Origin: Octopus vulgaris
Taxonomy: Eukaryota
Length of the DNA: 64,000 nucleotides
Assembly: GCA_951406725.2 (NCBI GenBank)
Contig: OX597826.1
Span: 50,778,001 to 50,842,000 of the forward strand
Direction: 5' to 3'
This document shows positions 11,903 through 26,041 of the stretch, in pieces (the stretch's first letter is position 1; every line of letters begins with the position of its first letter). The translations under genes and the position numbers were made by a program. The notes under the pieces were generated by a model. It saw only the letters and a list, made by a program, of their open reading frames with translations. It had not been told where the DNA came from and did not search any database.

Positions 11903-12719
11903 GTGAGTGCGTGTGCGTGCATATATATATATATTATATATTATTTATATAACATACACACATAGCTTTCAAATTTTGGTACAAGGCTAGCAATATCAGG
12001 CAAAGATGAAAGTCGATTATATCGATCCCAGTGCCCAACTGGTACTTAATTTATTGGCCCCAAAAGGGTGAAAGGCAAAGCCGACCTTGACGGAATTTGA
12101 ACTTAGGCTGCGTTCATTTGTCCAGAGGCTATGGCGAAAGAGGTTGTATGGTTGATGAGGTTGAAAGGATAAAGGAAAGACACCGTCCTGTTTAGTCAGG
12201 CTTCCATCAACTTTTGTTAAGTTCCACTTGGAAAGGAAAGAGAGGCGGAGTGAGAAAGTAAACATTTTAATAACTTTGAAGTAAATATTTTTGTAAGTTA
12301 ATTGGAGCGAATATATTTAATGTCGGGATTCGAAATCTAATTAGGAACTGTGATGGGAAGAGAGACCAATGACTTGCAATATATTTCGATTATGATTTTC
12401 TATTGTAAGGGAGACAACTCAGACATGTTTTAACAGACCACCGTAGTTACCCGAAGTGACAATGAGAGAATCAAAAGAATGACAGTACTTTATTGGTCTT
12501 ATGATTGTCGAGCTGACAGAATCGTTAGCACGCCGGGCGAAATGCTTTGCAGTACTTCACCTGTCTTAATGTTCTCAGTCCAAATTCCGTCGAAGTCAAC
12601 TTAGCCTTTCATCCTTTCGCAGTCGATAAAATAAATACTAGTTTAGTACTGGAGTCGATGTAATCAACTATCGGATCTTTTCGGTTTGAACGGCAGTTTT
12701 TCGCCTTTTATATATATAG

Positions 12720-14330
12720 AGATATCCCTGTATCAACCAGACTATTGGATTTTGCTATACATTACTGGTCACAATACGATTCCAATTCTTACTTGATGTG
12801 CCATTGTTTTCTATCTTGGCCCAAATTATTTCACAAAATTATTGTGGAGATCTTCTGAATAGCCTTTTCCTGATCACTTGAGTACCACTTGACAAATGTA
12901 TGGGTCCACCTGTTCTCTCTAAACCTTGCAACGCGAGAAACTAGAGCTTTTGGTATTCTTTGATCATGTTGCATACAAATTACCTTTTGGTATTCTTTGA
13001 TCATGTTGCATACAAATTACCTCATTTTGAGTATGCTTTCGCAATGATATTCCTATAATGGATCTTTCCATGGTTCTTTGTATCATAGTTGATGTTCTTC
13101 CCTCATTACAGTGCCTTACATCTTGCTGGTGTATAAGAGTGCAGGTAGGATAGTGCTTTTGAATAGTCTGGCATGTAGGTTTTTTGTCTTGCTCTGCTCT
13201 GAGTACATCCTTTATTGAGGTAAATGCCTGCTATCCTACCCTTATTTGCTTTGAGATTTCAGCATCCATGTCTCGGTGTGTATTCACGGTATACCCTAAG
13301 TAGACAAACTCCTTTACCTTCTTGATTTTATCACTTCTCACCTCTATTTGGTCTTGTGTTAGATTTTCAGACTTCATATATTGTTTCCATGTAATTCATC
13401 TTGAGGCCAAATGCTGGGCTATGGGTTTCTAAACTCTACAAGCTGTTTACAAAGGTCATAGTCACCAGATCATCAAAACACCTCGATGACCAGCAGCCAA
13501 AGGAGCATGCAGGTTTCAGTAAAAACTACAGGATGATGGATCATATATTCACTCTAACATAGCTTATAGTATTAATGAAAGAATATAAGCTCCCTCTGTG
13601 CATCACTTTCATCAATTACAAAAAGGCCTTCAATAGCCTCAAAATGAAAGCATTACTGAAATCTCTGGAAATGCAAGGTGTTATGGTGCAATACATCAAA
13701 CTGTTTAGGGATGTGAACCCTGGATGCACCACTATCATAGTTTGTTTTGCTATTGCCACTTGTCAGAGAAGAGCATCAAACAAGGAGATGGATGGAAGCA
13801 CTCCGTTGGTTATGACGACGAGGGTTCCGGTTGATCCAATCAATGGAACAGCCTGCTCGTGAAATTAATGTGTAAGTGGCTGAGCACTCCACAGACACGT
13901 GTACCCTTAACGTAGTTCTTGGGGATATTCAGCGTGACACAGAGAGTGACAAGGCCGGCCCTTTGAAATACAGGTAAAACAGAAACAGGAAGTAAGAGTG
14001 AGAGAAAGTTGTGGTGAAAGAGTACAGCAGGGATCACCACCATCCCTGCCGGAGCTCGTGGAGCTTTAGGTGTTTTCGCTCAATAAACACTCACAACACC
14101 CGATCTGGGAATCGAAACCGCGATCCTACGACCGCGAGTCCGCTGCCCTAACCACTGGGCCATTGTGCCTCCACAAACAAGGAGATACCATGTCTTCAAA
14201 GCTTTTCATTACATGTTTAGAAACAGTCATCAGAGATATTGACTGGGGAGGTGGTGTGAACATCAATGGCGAGCCACTAACACACCTTTGACTTGCAGAT
14301 GACATCATACTCACTGCCGAAACCAAACAC
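12720..14330. mobile_element. RTE-clade LINE fragment with internal inversion
   Basis: Plus 13441-14330: KLFTKVI, QPKEHAGF, FINYKKAFNSL, KQGDTMSSKLF, LTHL*LADDIILTAET. Minus 13440-12720: HSPAFGLKMN, EFVYLG, STILPALLY. Confidence 0.85.
13790..14174 (-). mobile_element. tRNA-derived SINE (family B head, different tail) inserted in the RTE RT
   Basis: TSD aaacaaggagat at 13778-13789 and 14175-14186, duplicating the KQGD RT motif. Confidence 0.85.
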
Positions 14331-14594
14331 TCACACACATCCCCATGTTTTGTAATCTTTTGCATGATATACATTGTGTATATGGTCTGCATGGTCAAGT
14401 GTGCCAGGCAAAATACAATGTAATATTTAGTTACAGGCTTTTGTCTTCAGAGTTAAAAATCTCGCTGATGTCAACTTTGACTTCCATCTCTCCAGGTTTG
14501 GTAAAATAACATACCAGTCAAGTACTGAGGGTTGATGGTATTAACACCTTCTTCTCAAATTTTTTGGCCTTGTGCCTAAATTAGAAACAATTAC

Positions 14595-14675
<81 letters not shown>

Positions 14676-14877
14676 CATCATCATCATCATCATCATTATC
14701 ATTTCATTTCTGTATTTGGTTTGCAAGATTCTTTATGTGAGTTTGTGTTGACGCATACTTTATTGTTTCTGGAGAGAGTCATTCTCTTTTAGTGCCTTAT
14801 TAATTTAACACACTCATGGGTCTGATTATTATTATTATTGAGTGAGAGAGCAGTGCATGCCATCAAAGTGACACTGG

Positions 14878-15395
14878 GGTAAAATATACGAAGCCCAGTA
14901 TACTCATCATGACTACCCATCTGATGAGAGTACACTAGGCACATGCATCACAACCATGTGTTCGCGACATGGTGATCTCATATCAAGATAAACAGCACAT
15001 GACCTTGCAGGTGGGGCTTAGTTAGAATTTTCTTCTGGTTGAGTAACCCATCCTGTCAAAAGGTCCCTGAATAAGGGTTGTTTAAGGATGTTGAGCGAAA
15101 TGCCCATGTTTCCAGAGGTGAATTATTCAAACCCCAAAGAATCTCTCTCAACATATGGCTATGATGCTCCCCCACTACTTCTGCTCGTGATCAGAGATGC
15201 ACATATCATCAGCCACAAGGGACATGTTCTACTTGTTGAGGTCAAACAACTTACAAGCAAATCTGGGGTATTGAGCAGAATATTTGCTGTAGCCCATCTT
15301 TTATACCAAGACAAAACAATGTACATGATAACACTTCCAATCAGTTAAGATCAGAAGCCATGAGAGCCACTGCCTGGTACTGCATCAGGGCATTT
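14878..15395 (-). mobile_element. ~550-bp non-coding element inserted in (ATT)n (starts ~14838); partial second copy 15778-16150
   Basis: Two closely similar copies, both embedded in ATT microsatellite on both sides; orientation inferred. Confidence 0.7.
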
Positions 15396-16149
15396 ATTAT
15401 TATTATTATTGTTATTATTATTATTAAAGAAAGTGAGCTGGCAGAATCGCTAACACACTGGACGAAATGCTTAGCGGTATTTCATTTGGCACTATGTTCT
15501 GAGTTCATATTCCACCAAGGTCGACTTTGTCTTTCATCCTCTCGTAGAGTTGATAAAAGAAGTACCAGTTGACTACTAGGGGCTGCTGTAATCAACTAGC
15601 TCCCTTCCCTAAAAGTTTTATGCCTTGTGTTGATAGCAGAAAGGATCAGCATCATCATAATCATCTTTATTATTATTATTATTATCATCATCATCATCAT
15701 CATCATCATTATTATTGTTATTATCATTATTATTATTATCATTATTATTATTATTATCATTATTATTATTATTATTATTGAGTGAGGGAGCAGTTCATGC
15801 CATCAAAGTGACACTGGGGTAAAATATACGAAGCCCAATATACCCATCATGACTACCCGTCTGATAAAGGTACACCTGGCACATGCATCACAACCATATG
15901 TGCGCGACATGGTGATCTCATATCAAGATAAACAGCGCATAACCTTGCAGGTGGGGCCCAGTTAGAATTTTCTTCATGTCGAGTAGCTCATCCTGCTCAA
16001 AAGGTCCCTGAATAAGGGTTGTTTAAGGATGTTGAAAGAACCATCCATGTTTCCAGAGGTGAATTATTCAAACCCCAAAGAATCCCTCTCAACACATGGC
16101 TATGATGCTCCCCCACTACTTCTGCTCTTGATCAGAGATGCACATATCA

Positions 16150-16207
<58 letters not shown>

Positions 16208-16227
16208 CATCATTATTATCATCATCA

Positions 16228-16309
<82 letters not shown>

Positions 16310-16821
16310 CATCATCATCATCACTATTATTATTCAGGTCTTGAGCCTATTTAGTAGAAAGAATTAGTATTGTTATTATTATGTGCTGAGTTCAAATTCC
16401 ACTAAGGTCAACTTTGCATTTCATCCTTTCAGAGTTGATGAAACAAGTACCAGCTGAGCACTGGGGTCAATATTATTGACTAACCCTATTCCTTAAAATT
16501 TCAAGCCTTTTGCTTATGACAAATGTAATCAAATGGCTCCCTCTCACTAAGGTTGCTGGCCCAGTTTGAAACCATTATTAACATTAACCATTTAGCATTC
16601 AGATTTCTCTGTCAAATATAATGCTTATATATTCACATTGATTTGAATTAGTCTTGTATTACCTTATAACTTGGATATTTCGATGATATAATTGTTTATT
16701 TTTAGAATAACATTGTAGGGTAAGTGTGAGAGGCCAGATATGGTCAGTTCGATGATAAAACAGTGTGCTAACAATTCTGCCAGCTCACTTCCTTAATAAT
16801 AATAATAATAATAATAATAAC

Positions 16822-16878
<57 letters not shown>

Positions 16879-16944
16879 CAGACCCGTGAGTGTGTTAAAT
16901 TAATTAGGCAATAAAAGAGAATGACTCCCCAGAAACAATGAACA

Positions 16945-17329
16945 GGCGCAGGAATGGCTGTGTGGCATGTAGCTTGCTTACCAACGACATGGTTCCGGGT
17001 TCAGTCCCACTGCGTGGCACCTTGGGCAAGTGTTTTCTACTATAGCCACGGGCCGACCAAAGCCTTATGAGTGGATTTGGTAGATGGAAACTGAAAGAAG
17101 CCTGTCATATATATATATGCGTGTGTGTGTTTGTGTGTCTGTGTTTGACCCCCAACATCAGTTGACAACCGATGCTGGTGTGTTTATGTCCCTGTAACTT
17201 AGCAGTTCGGCAAAAGAGACCGATAGAATAAGTACTAGGCTTACAAAGAATAAGTCCTGGGGTCGATTTGCTCGACTAAAGGCGGTGCTCCAGCATGGCC
17301 GCTGTCAAATGACTGAAACAAATAAAAGA
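16945..17329 (+). mobile_element. SINE family A
   Basis: Full-length copy. Confidence 0.85.
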
Positions 17330-17937
17330 GCAAAGAAATTATTTTGGCCAGATATTGCTGGTGTAAATGCTAAAGGGTTAAGGTGGCAAGCTGGCAGAAT
17401 TATTAGTGCTTTGGATAAAATGCTCAGCAGGATTTCTTCTGGTTCTTTACATTCCAAGTTCAAATTCTGCTGTGGTCAACTTCGCCTTTTATTCTTTCGG
17501 GGTTGATAAAATAAATACCAGTTAAGTACTGGGTTTGCTGCAATCAAAGAATGCCCGCTCCCCTAAAACTGCTGGTTTTGTGCCTATTTTAGAAAGAATT
17601 AATATTGTTGCTGTTGTTGTTGATGTTATTTATTTATTTAATGCGTATCTAGATTATCATGATTTAAGGATGGGAACAAGAGGAAAAAATATGAGATAAA
17701 GCTAAGAGTGATTTTGTATTGTTTTAGAGATATTCATTGTTTTTTTTATTTCTGCTGTATAAGCAACAACAATGATGATAACGATGACGACAACAGAGCC
17801 AAGAACTAGAAAACTCGTTAAAAAAAGATAAAGTAATGAAAGCAAAGAAAGCTATGAGCTTGCTGCTCTTCCAACATCACTCTCAGACAATTACATATAT
17901 ATATATGTGTGCAGATGTGGATGTTTTTACCTTTATA

Positions 17938-17975
<38 letters not shown>

Positions 17976-18003
17976 TCACAGACGTTAAATAATGACGATG
18001 ATG

Positions 18004-18034
<31 letters not shown>

Positions 18035-18094
18035 TGTATGTATATATATATACACACATACATACGTGTATATATATATATGCACACACACACA

Positions 18095-18145
<51 letters not shown>

Positions 18146-19186
18146 ACATATATATATATACTTATGTATATGTAAATATATATACATATATATGTATATA
18201 TATATCATCATCTTCGTTTAGCGTCCGCTTTCCATGCTAGCATGGGTTGGATGGCTCAACTGGGGTCTGGGAAGCCAGAAGGCTGCACCAGGCCCAGTCT
18301 GATCTGGCAATGTTTCTATGGCTGGATGCCCTTCCTAACACCAACCACACACACACACATACACACACACGTACACATTTATATATGCATACATGAAAAG
18401 AAAAAAAAATCTGAAATAATCCTAGGTGTTTCAGACACTCCCCCTCCAATATGACTCCTTACATACAAACACATATCCCAACACACAGAAATACATATAT
18501 TCACACATATCATCATCCTCAGAGACACAGATGCTTCTTTCCCACATCACTTAAAGCCCTCCCCCCCAATTCCATACAAACTTTCTTAGTTTGTCTTTGT
18601 ATTTTTAACTACAACAGATTCGGTGGGGCAAAAGGTTTGTCCCCTCCCCGATACTGTTACCCTAATGATGACACTGATCCTTTGAATGGAGCTGTAACTG
18701 TTCCCTCCACCCATTCAACTCTGCACTTCATTTCACTTGCTTTTCTGCACATCTTCAGTCACTCACACACACACACACAAACTACATAGACCTGCTATTT
18801 ACTCTCTTCTGAACCCTAAAATCACATTCATGCACCTTAGAAACTGCATATAATCTACCATTTCATTGACTCCACCAATCCCCATTCATGATATATACAC
18901 ACAGACATACCCTCCAGGCAATATACACACATGCTCTTGATTTTGTACTCATTGTTCTATTTTATTTTTTCATTATTTCTCATTTATTGTTCCATGTGAG
19001 AGCTACATTCATATTCCACACTCTGTAGGCAATAAAATTAACATATCAACTGTTCTATAAGTGAGCTACATTCACTGTTTATACTATATAGACAAATTAA
19101 ACACTTTAGCTGTTTCACGATACATACAATACATACTAACATAGATGCATTAACTGTTTCATGTAAGAACAATGTTTATTGTCCAC

Positions 19187-19286
<100 letters not shown>

Positions 19287-19339
19287 ACACAGTTCCATGT
19301 AAATAAAATATTAAAAAATAGGGAAAACTTATTGGGTTA

Positions 19340-19630
19340 TCCCATAAATAATGCTGTTTTTTAATACTTCTTTTATTTTTCAAAATTAAGATAAACAAAG
19401 GTCTTTTTTAATCTAAAATATACTTCTCCTTCATTTTCTTTGCAAGGCCCCTTTCCCAAAATACACTTGTCCATGATGAAAAATACTCCTCCAGTGCTGT
19501 TCTGACCTCGTCTACAGAATTCATATTTTTTTGTATCCAAATGATTTTGATGACTGGGGAATAAATGATAATCAGATGGGGGCAATGCCTGACGAATATG
19601 GTGGGTGGGGCATCGTTTCCCATTCAAATA
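19340..19630 (-). mobile_element. Mariner 3' fragment
   Basis: Frameshifted PHPPYSP..APSDYHLFPS.QNHL motif, then DEVRTALEEYFSS...FWERG. Confidence 0.75.
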
Positions 19631-20093
19631 GCTCCGTCCTTTGGAATGTCATCCTTGCTGCATGTGGCTAAGCATGGAAGAACACCTTTTGTCTTGAAAC
19701 CAAAGATGGTCGTTTTCCTTCTAGTGCAGGTGTCAATGAATGGTTAAATGACCAAATCTAAGCTTTTCTGCTAGTTCCTCAACAGTTATGATGGTATTTG
19801 TTCGACCAGGGTTTGCAGGATGGACTGGAGCAACATAAAATAAAGTGTCTTGCTCAGGTACACAGTGAATTAAACTCATTATCAAATGATTATGAGCTGA
19901 ATACCCTAAGCACTAAGCCATGTGTCTTTGACACATGGCTTAGTGCTTATATATATATAATCCTGAACATTTGTCACAATCTTACATTTTGTATTAGGCT
20001 ATACACATAAATGTAATGAGTATACTTCAATCACACATTTTGAACCAATTTATTTTTGCTTTAATAAATATATTTTCATTCTACTTTTCCCAG

Positions 20094-20311
20094 CTGCATT
20101 ATCCAGTCAATGCAAAACTTACTCGTGCCAATGTTCACAAATTGGCCACAAAGCAGCAGAGGTCAGAGGATGTATACAGATTTGACAGAGAAGTAACCTA
20201 TCGTTACCAGCTCCCTATTGGTTACTATGTTATCATTCCAAGTACATTTAACCCAGGTAAAGAGGCCAAATTCTTGCTCAGAATCTTTACCAAACAGAAG
20301 ATCAGCAGCAG
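20094..20311 (+). CDS. Calpain family cysteine protease, exon encoding the C-terminal half of domain III (C2-like/CBSW)
   Basis: Acceptor ctacttttcccag| at 20093 and donor AG|gtaaat at 20311/20312. Translation LHYPVNAKLTRANVHKLATKQQRSEDVYRFDREVTYRYQLPIGYYVIIPSTFNPGKEAKFLLRIFTKQKISS matches the calpain domain III motif RS..F...REV..R..LP.G.YVIVPSTF.P..EA.FLLR.F. If the donor is not used, the frame stops at TAA 20313-20315. No upstream calpain exons were recognised in the window. Confidence 0.88.
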
Positions 20312-20739
20312 GTAAATCTTCATATCTTAAGTTGTGTGCCCTATCATTTATCTTTGTCACTGGAATTTAGTCATGCTTGGAGCCCACCTTGAAGTATTTA
20401 GTCAAACAGATTGATTCTAGTACTTAAAGTCTAGTGCTTATTCTATTGGTCTCTTTTTACCAAAAACCATTAAAGGTAAAAAAAAAACCCAATGGAACAA
20501 GTACCAGGCTTTAAATATTGGGAGTAATTTGTTTGACTAAATGCTTGAAGATGGAGCTCTCTCTTGTGTGTGTGTGTAAATGCTTTCCCAAATAACTTGC
20601 ACTTCATTTCGGTAGCTCTGAGAATGACTCTCTCCAGAAATAATAAAGTATGCATCAACACAAACTCACATAAAGAATCTTGCAAACCAAATACAGAAAT
20701 GAAATAATAATAATAATAATAATAATGATGATGATGATG

Positions 20740-20776
<37 letters not shown>

Positions 20777-21105
20777 TAATAGTAATTGTTTCTAATTTAG
20801 GCACAAGGCCAAAAAATTTGAGAAGAAGGTGTTAATACCATCAACCTTCAGTACTTGACTGGTATGTTATTTTACCAACCCTGGAGAGATGGAAGTCAAG
20901 GGTATGCACATGCACTCAGCAGTGAGTGCACTGCATCTTATACCAGAAACAGCTCTAAACTAATGAAGTTGGTAACATAGTTACTGTTCCCTTGTCATTT
21001 ATTTAATCTCATATTACACACTGTACTCAACTAACATTTAATACTGAAACATATATACATTGAATTCTAACATCAGGTCATTAGTATCATTATGCAAAGC
21101 AAATC

Positions 21106-21138
<33 letters not shown>

Positions 21139-22644
21139 TATTCGGTGGACAAGAAAACACCATAGTGTGGCCGTCTGCCAGCTCGTCTGGCACCTGTGTC
21201 GGTGGCATATAAACACATCGAGCAATCTGCCAGCTCGTCTGGCACCTGTGTCGGTGGCATAAATCACCCACCACTCTCGGAGTGGTTGCGTTGGAAGGGC
21301 ATCCAGCTGGAAACACTGCAGATCTGACTGGCCTGGTATATATATATATATATATATATATATGATATATACCATAGTTGTGGCAGGTACAGGTGTCACA
21401 CAAATGGCACTCATGACAGCGGTACATAGAGGCACCCATTACACTCTGTGTGGTTGGTATTAGGTAGGGCATCCAGCCATAGAAACCATGTCAAATCAGA
21501 CTGGAGTCTGGAGTAGCCTCTCAGCTTACCAGCTCTAGTCAAACCATCCAACCCATGCCAACATGGACAACAGACAATAAATGATGATGATGATGATATA
21601 TATATATATATATATATGACGAGTTTCTTTCATTTTCTGCCTACCAAACCCACTCACAAGGCTTTGGTTAACCCAAGGCTGAAGAAGAAAACACTTGCCT
21701 AAGATGCCCCTTGTGCAACTTAACCTGGAATTGTGTGGTTGGGATGCATGCTTCTTACCACACAGCCACACCTGCACCTAATTGCTTGTCTTTGATTTTC
21801 TTTGAAAATTGTGAAATATTCAACATTGATCATGACTAAATGCTTTGTTGTACAAAGAGCAGCTATTAAAGCTAGATGCAAACTTTTACAGATTTTATGT
21901 AGAGATTAAATACCTGGAAGAATAAAATATAGGCCAACCAGCTTATAAATTTTAACTTTAAAATTTTACATGAAATATTTAGTGCAACCACTTGGTTTCA
22001 GGTTCCATTCCATTGCATGGCAACTTGGGTAAGTGTCTTCCACTGTAGCCCTAGGCCAACGAAACCTTTTGAGTGGATTCAATAAATGGAAACTAAAAGA
22101 AGCCTTTCGTGTGTGTATGTGTGTGTGTGTATGTGTGTGTGTGTGTGCACATGCATGTTTGCATGTATATGTTTATGTGTGTGTGTGTGTGTTTTACTGT
22201 CTTCTTGCCTTGACACTGCATAATAGTTGTATCACTGCCATACAAGTGGTGTCCTTTGTTTTCAATCTTCTATGGAAAACAAGTCCAGCCATGGGGAAAT
22301 AATACCTTACTTGGAAAAACAGGTGAGGAATGGTGGCAGGAAGTGCATCCAGCCATAGAAAATCCTCAACAAATTCTGACCAACCCATGCCAGCAGTGCA
22401 TAGTGGATGTAAAACGACATTGCTGATGATGATGATAACAGTACACATAATTTTACATGCCTAACTGTAAGAAAATAAGTCACAGCTCATCTTATTTAAT
22501 GCTATACAAAATGAGACAAGAACATGCCTTTATAAGCTACTCTGAGCTTTGAGTACAATCAAGATATTGTTTAGTTGTTAATGAACAAGAATTTATATTC
22601 AATTCATTTTAATTCTTTACTTTTTCTTGTTTTTTTTTCTACAG

Positions 22645-22852
22645 CACAGGCATGATAAATGTAAGTATATCATTGATTTCTGTGTTATTTTGTATTTTGG
22701 TGGTAGTGTCTTGCAGGTATTTAGGTGAAATGAATGAACACCACACAGGTGCTTTTTACATGACACTGCACAGGCACTTTTACATGTACCACCACAAGTG
22801 CCTTTCACCACCAGAGGGACCAAAGGGTAGTCATGTCTATGGAATGTTTTAA
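22645..22852 (+). CDS. Candidate next/terminal exon of the calpain gene
   Basis: Strong polypyrimidine acceptor ttttcttgttttttttttctacag| at 22644, in phase with the phase-2 donor at 20311 (AG|C ACA GGC ATG), open to TAA 22850-22852. An internal donor gtaagt (22661) and a second in-frame acceptor tcttgcag| (22716) make the exact structure uncertain. Confidence 0.4.
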
Positions 22853-24106
22853 TGACTTCCACATTAAATCAGGAACAGGTAATTCAGTTGATTGAACAAC
22901 TGTATCCTCAGACTAAAATGTAACTCAAGTGCATAGTTAAATAAATCTTGTTGCAAAATATGGCCTCCTAACACCAACATGACTCCAACAGCCGAGTTAG
23001 CAGCTAGGAAATGGCAGGCCAGCCCAGCAAACCAACTTGCCTAGAGAGGAAGTAGTTGTACACAGCTGGATGTCTTATGTAATGTAGTCCTTCAGCACCT
23101 GGTCTTACACTGACTATATTTATTCACACTCCACTGCACAACAACTGTAGTACTTTGATGCCCAGCTTCACACCTCCTGGACAACTGACAGTTTCCCCAA
23201 GGATATCTTATTTTTGTCTTCCGAGAAAGTCATGTATACAAAATACTTCTAGAAAAATGTATATATCCAAGGCTATAGCGAGCAATACGTACAGGGGCAG
23301 TCGACAACAGAGCATCCTTAATAATAAAACATAGAAAACAGTGTGTGGGTGGGTTATGAATTAATGCGTAGCAAGCACGACATACACCGAACAACTATCT
23401 TAGTAATTTATTCTAAGTAATATATTCTGTGAGCAAAGTTAATCAAATGATCTTGACATTATTAAACTACTGTTGATTAGTAGTGTATATAAAACATCAG
23501 TCTAGCATATCGGTTTCCCTGCCAGTGACGTCATACCACAAACTAGTTCACACATCGATTAGTATTGCTGTCTTATTGTTCTGTATGTTTTGTTTTGTAA
23601 CAGGTAAGTTCAATGCCCCTAGTTCATTGTTCAAGTAACCTACTGCAGTGCATGGCCGGCGCTTGCTGTGTTCATGAATACCTCAAATATGTAGAACAAT
23701 GACATGAATTCCTTCTATTTTGAATAAATTGCTTTAGAATGGTGTTAAACATCTTCAGTTTGTCCTGGGAATGTAAATTCATTTGGTTTTGTAGTATCCG
23801 AGTCATTGACAAGATTCTCAAATGGAGGTTCGTAAAAATGGGTGAAGAAATAGAAATTGAGAAATTATGATATAAGCAAGACCTCTGACCAAGTATTTCC
23901 TAGTAAAGATGCCTCTATGCAAAATAAAATAAAAAAACCTGGGTGTAAATCTGGGGTCTACAACATGGACCCTACATACCATTATATACATACAGACATA
24001 TATTAGATTTATATACACAGATACATTATATACATACATATACACATACATACATACATTACAGACGCACATATATATTACATACTTACATAATTACATA
24101 TATACA

Positions 24107-24330
24107 TTCTTTTATTTGTTTCAGTCATTTGACTGTGGCTATGCTGGAGCACAGCCTTTAGTCGAACAAATCAACCCTAGGACTTATTCGTTGTAGGCCT
24201 AGTACTTATTCTATCGATACCTTATACCGAAATGTTAAGTTATGGGGACGTAAACACACCAGCATCGGTTGTCAAGCGATGTTGCGGGGACAAACACAGT
24301 CACACAAACCTATACATACATACATACATG

Positions 24331-24368
<38 letters not shown>

Positions 24369-24530
24369 CACGATGGGCTTCTTTCAGTTTCCGCCTACTA
24401 AATCGACTGACAAGGTTTTGGTCAGCCTGAGGCTATAGTAGAAGACACTTGCCCAAGGTGCCACACAGTGGGACTGAACCCAGAACCATGTGGTTGGTAA
24501 GCAAGATACTTACCACACAGCCACTCCTGC
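24107..24530 (-). mobile_element. SINE family A
   Basis: Full-length reverse copy. Confidence 0.85.
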
Positions 24531-24602
24531 GACTACATTACATACATATATTTCATGCATGCATTGTACATACATACATACATACATACATACATACATA
24601 CA

Positions 24603-24635
<33 letters not shown>

Positions 24636-25536
24636 TAAGCACATACATATATACAAACACATGTATATGAAACAAATCGTTTCCTGGATTCTTAGCCATG
24701 AATAGAAACCGAAACCTAAATTTTTCCACCAGATCATTTCTATTGTTCTCGGCGTCAGCACTTTGAAATTTGTGAGTGCCAACCGTCAAACTTAGATAAT
24801 GTTCAAGTGACCATTCTTGGGTTGAATATTATATAACATAGACAAGCCAATTTACTTGCCATTATTCTCTGCCCTACATTCAACTTTCCAACATGCATAA
24901 ATATGAAGCCTCTCGGAATATTAGGAGACAGTCGTTTTCGCTTTCAGATGCACTTTCGGCAAATAATCTCTTTCTAACATCCACAACAGATACAGTTATT
25001 ACCAAAGGTATTCGAGCCTTGTCATTATTTCCCCCTTACCACTGTTTTACAGTGGTAAGGGGAAAATTGAAATTGCGATCGTGAGTGCAACACCCTAACC
25101 ACTAAGTCAATAATAATAATAATAATAATGATGATTTCAAATTTTGGCCCGAGGCCAGCAATTTCGAGGGAGGGGATGAGTCGATTATATCAACCGAAGT
25201 ATTCAACTGGTACTTATTTTATCGACCCCGAAAGGATGACAGTTAAAGTCGACCTCAGCGGAATTCGAACTCAGAATTTGAGCATTTCACTCGGTGTGGT
25301 AACAGTTCTGCCACCTCTTGAAATTTTGGCACAAAGCCAGCAATTTCGGTGGAGAGGATAAGTCAATTACATCAACCACCGACGTATTCAACAGGTACTT
25401 ATTTTAACGACCCAGAAAGGATGAAAGGTAAGATCCATCACAGCGGAATTTGAATTCAAAAACTCGGAACGTGAAGAGGGACGAAATACCGCTAAACATT
25501 TCATCCGGCAGGGTAACAATTCTGCTGGCTGTCCCC

Positions 25537-25609
<73 letters not shown>

Positions 25610-26041
25610 TAATAATAATATTTTCTACTGTAGGCATTAAGTCCTGAAATTTTTGGGGAAAGGGCTAGTCGATTACATGGATCCCAGGCCCTAACTGGCA
25701 CCCTATTTTATCATCCCGAGAGGGATGAAAGGGTTGACCTTGGTCGCTTTGCACACATTTAGCAGGTGTAGTGTCTGATGTTATTTGTGTTATGCTTTTG
25801 TGTGGGAATATATTGTTCTGTAGGTTGATTTATTAAAGTGTGGTCTACAAAAGCCCTGAGAAGAAACATTAGTTTTTCCTCCACTAGAACTAGGTCCCCA
25901 CAGACTAAACAACAGCTATTCTATCAAACTCTGTGTATGTGTATGTGTGTGTGTGAGAGAGAGAGACAGAGAGAAGGGGAGGGAGGGAGAGAGACATGGG
26001 CTGTGAGTAAATAAGGTAAGCAGTATATATATATAAAGTAA

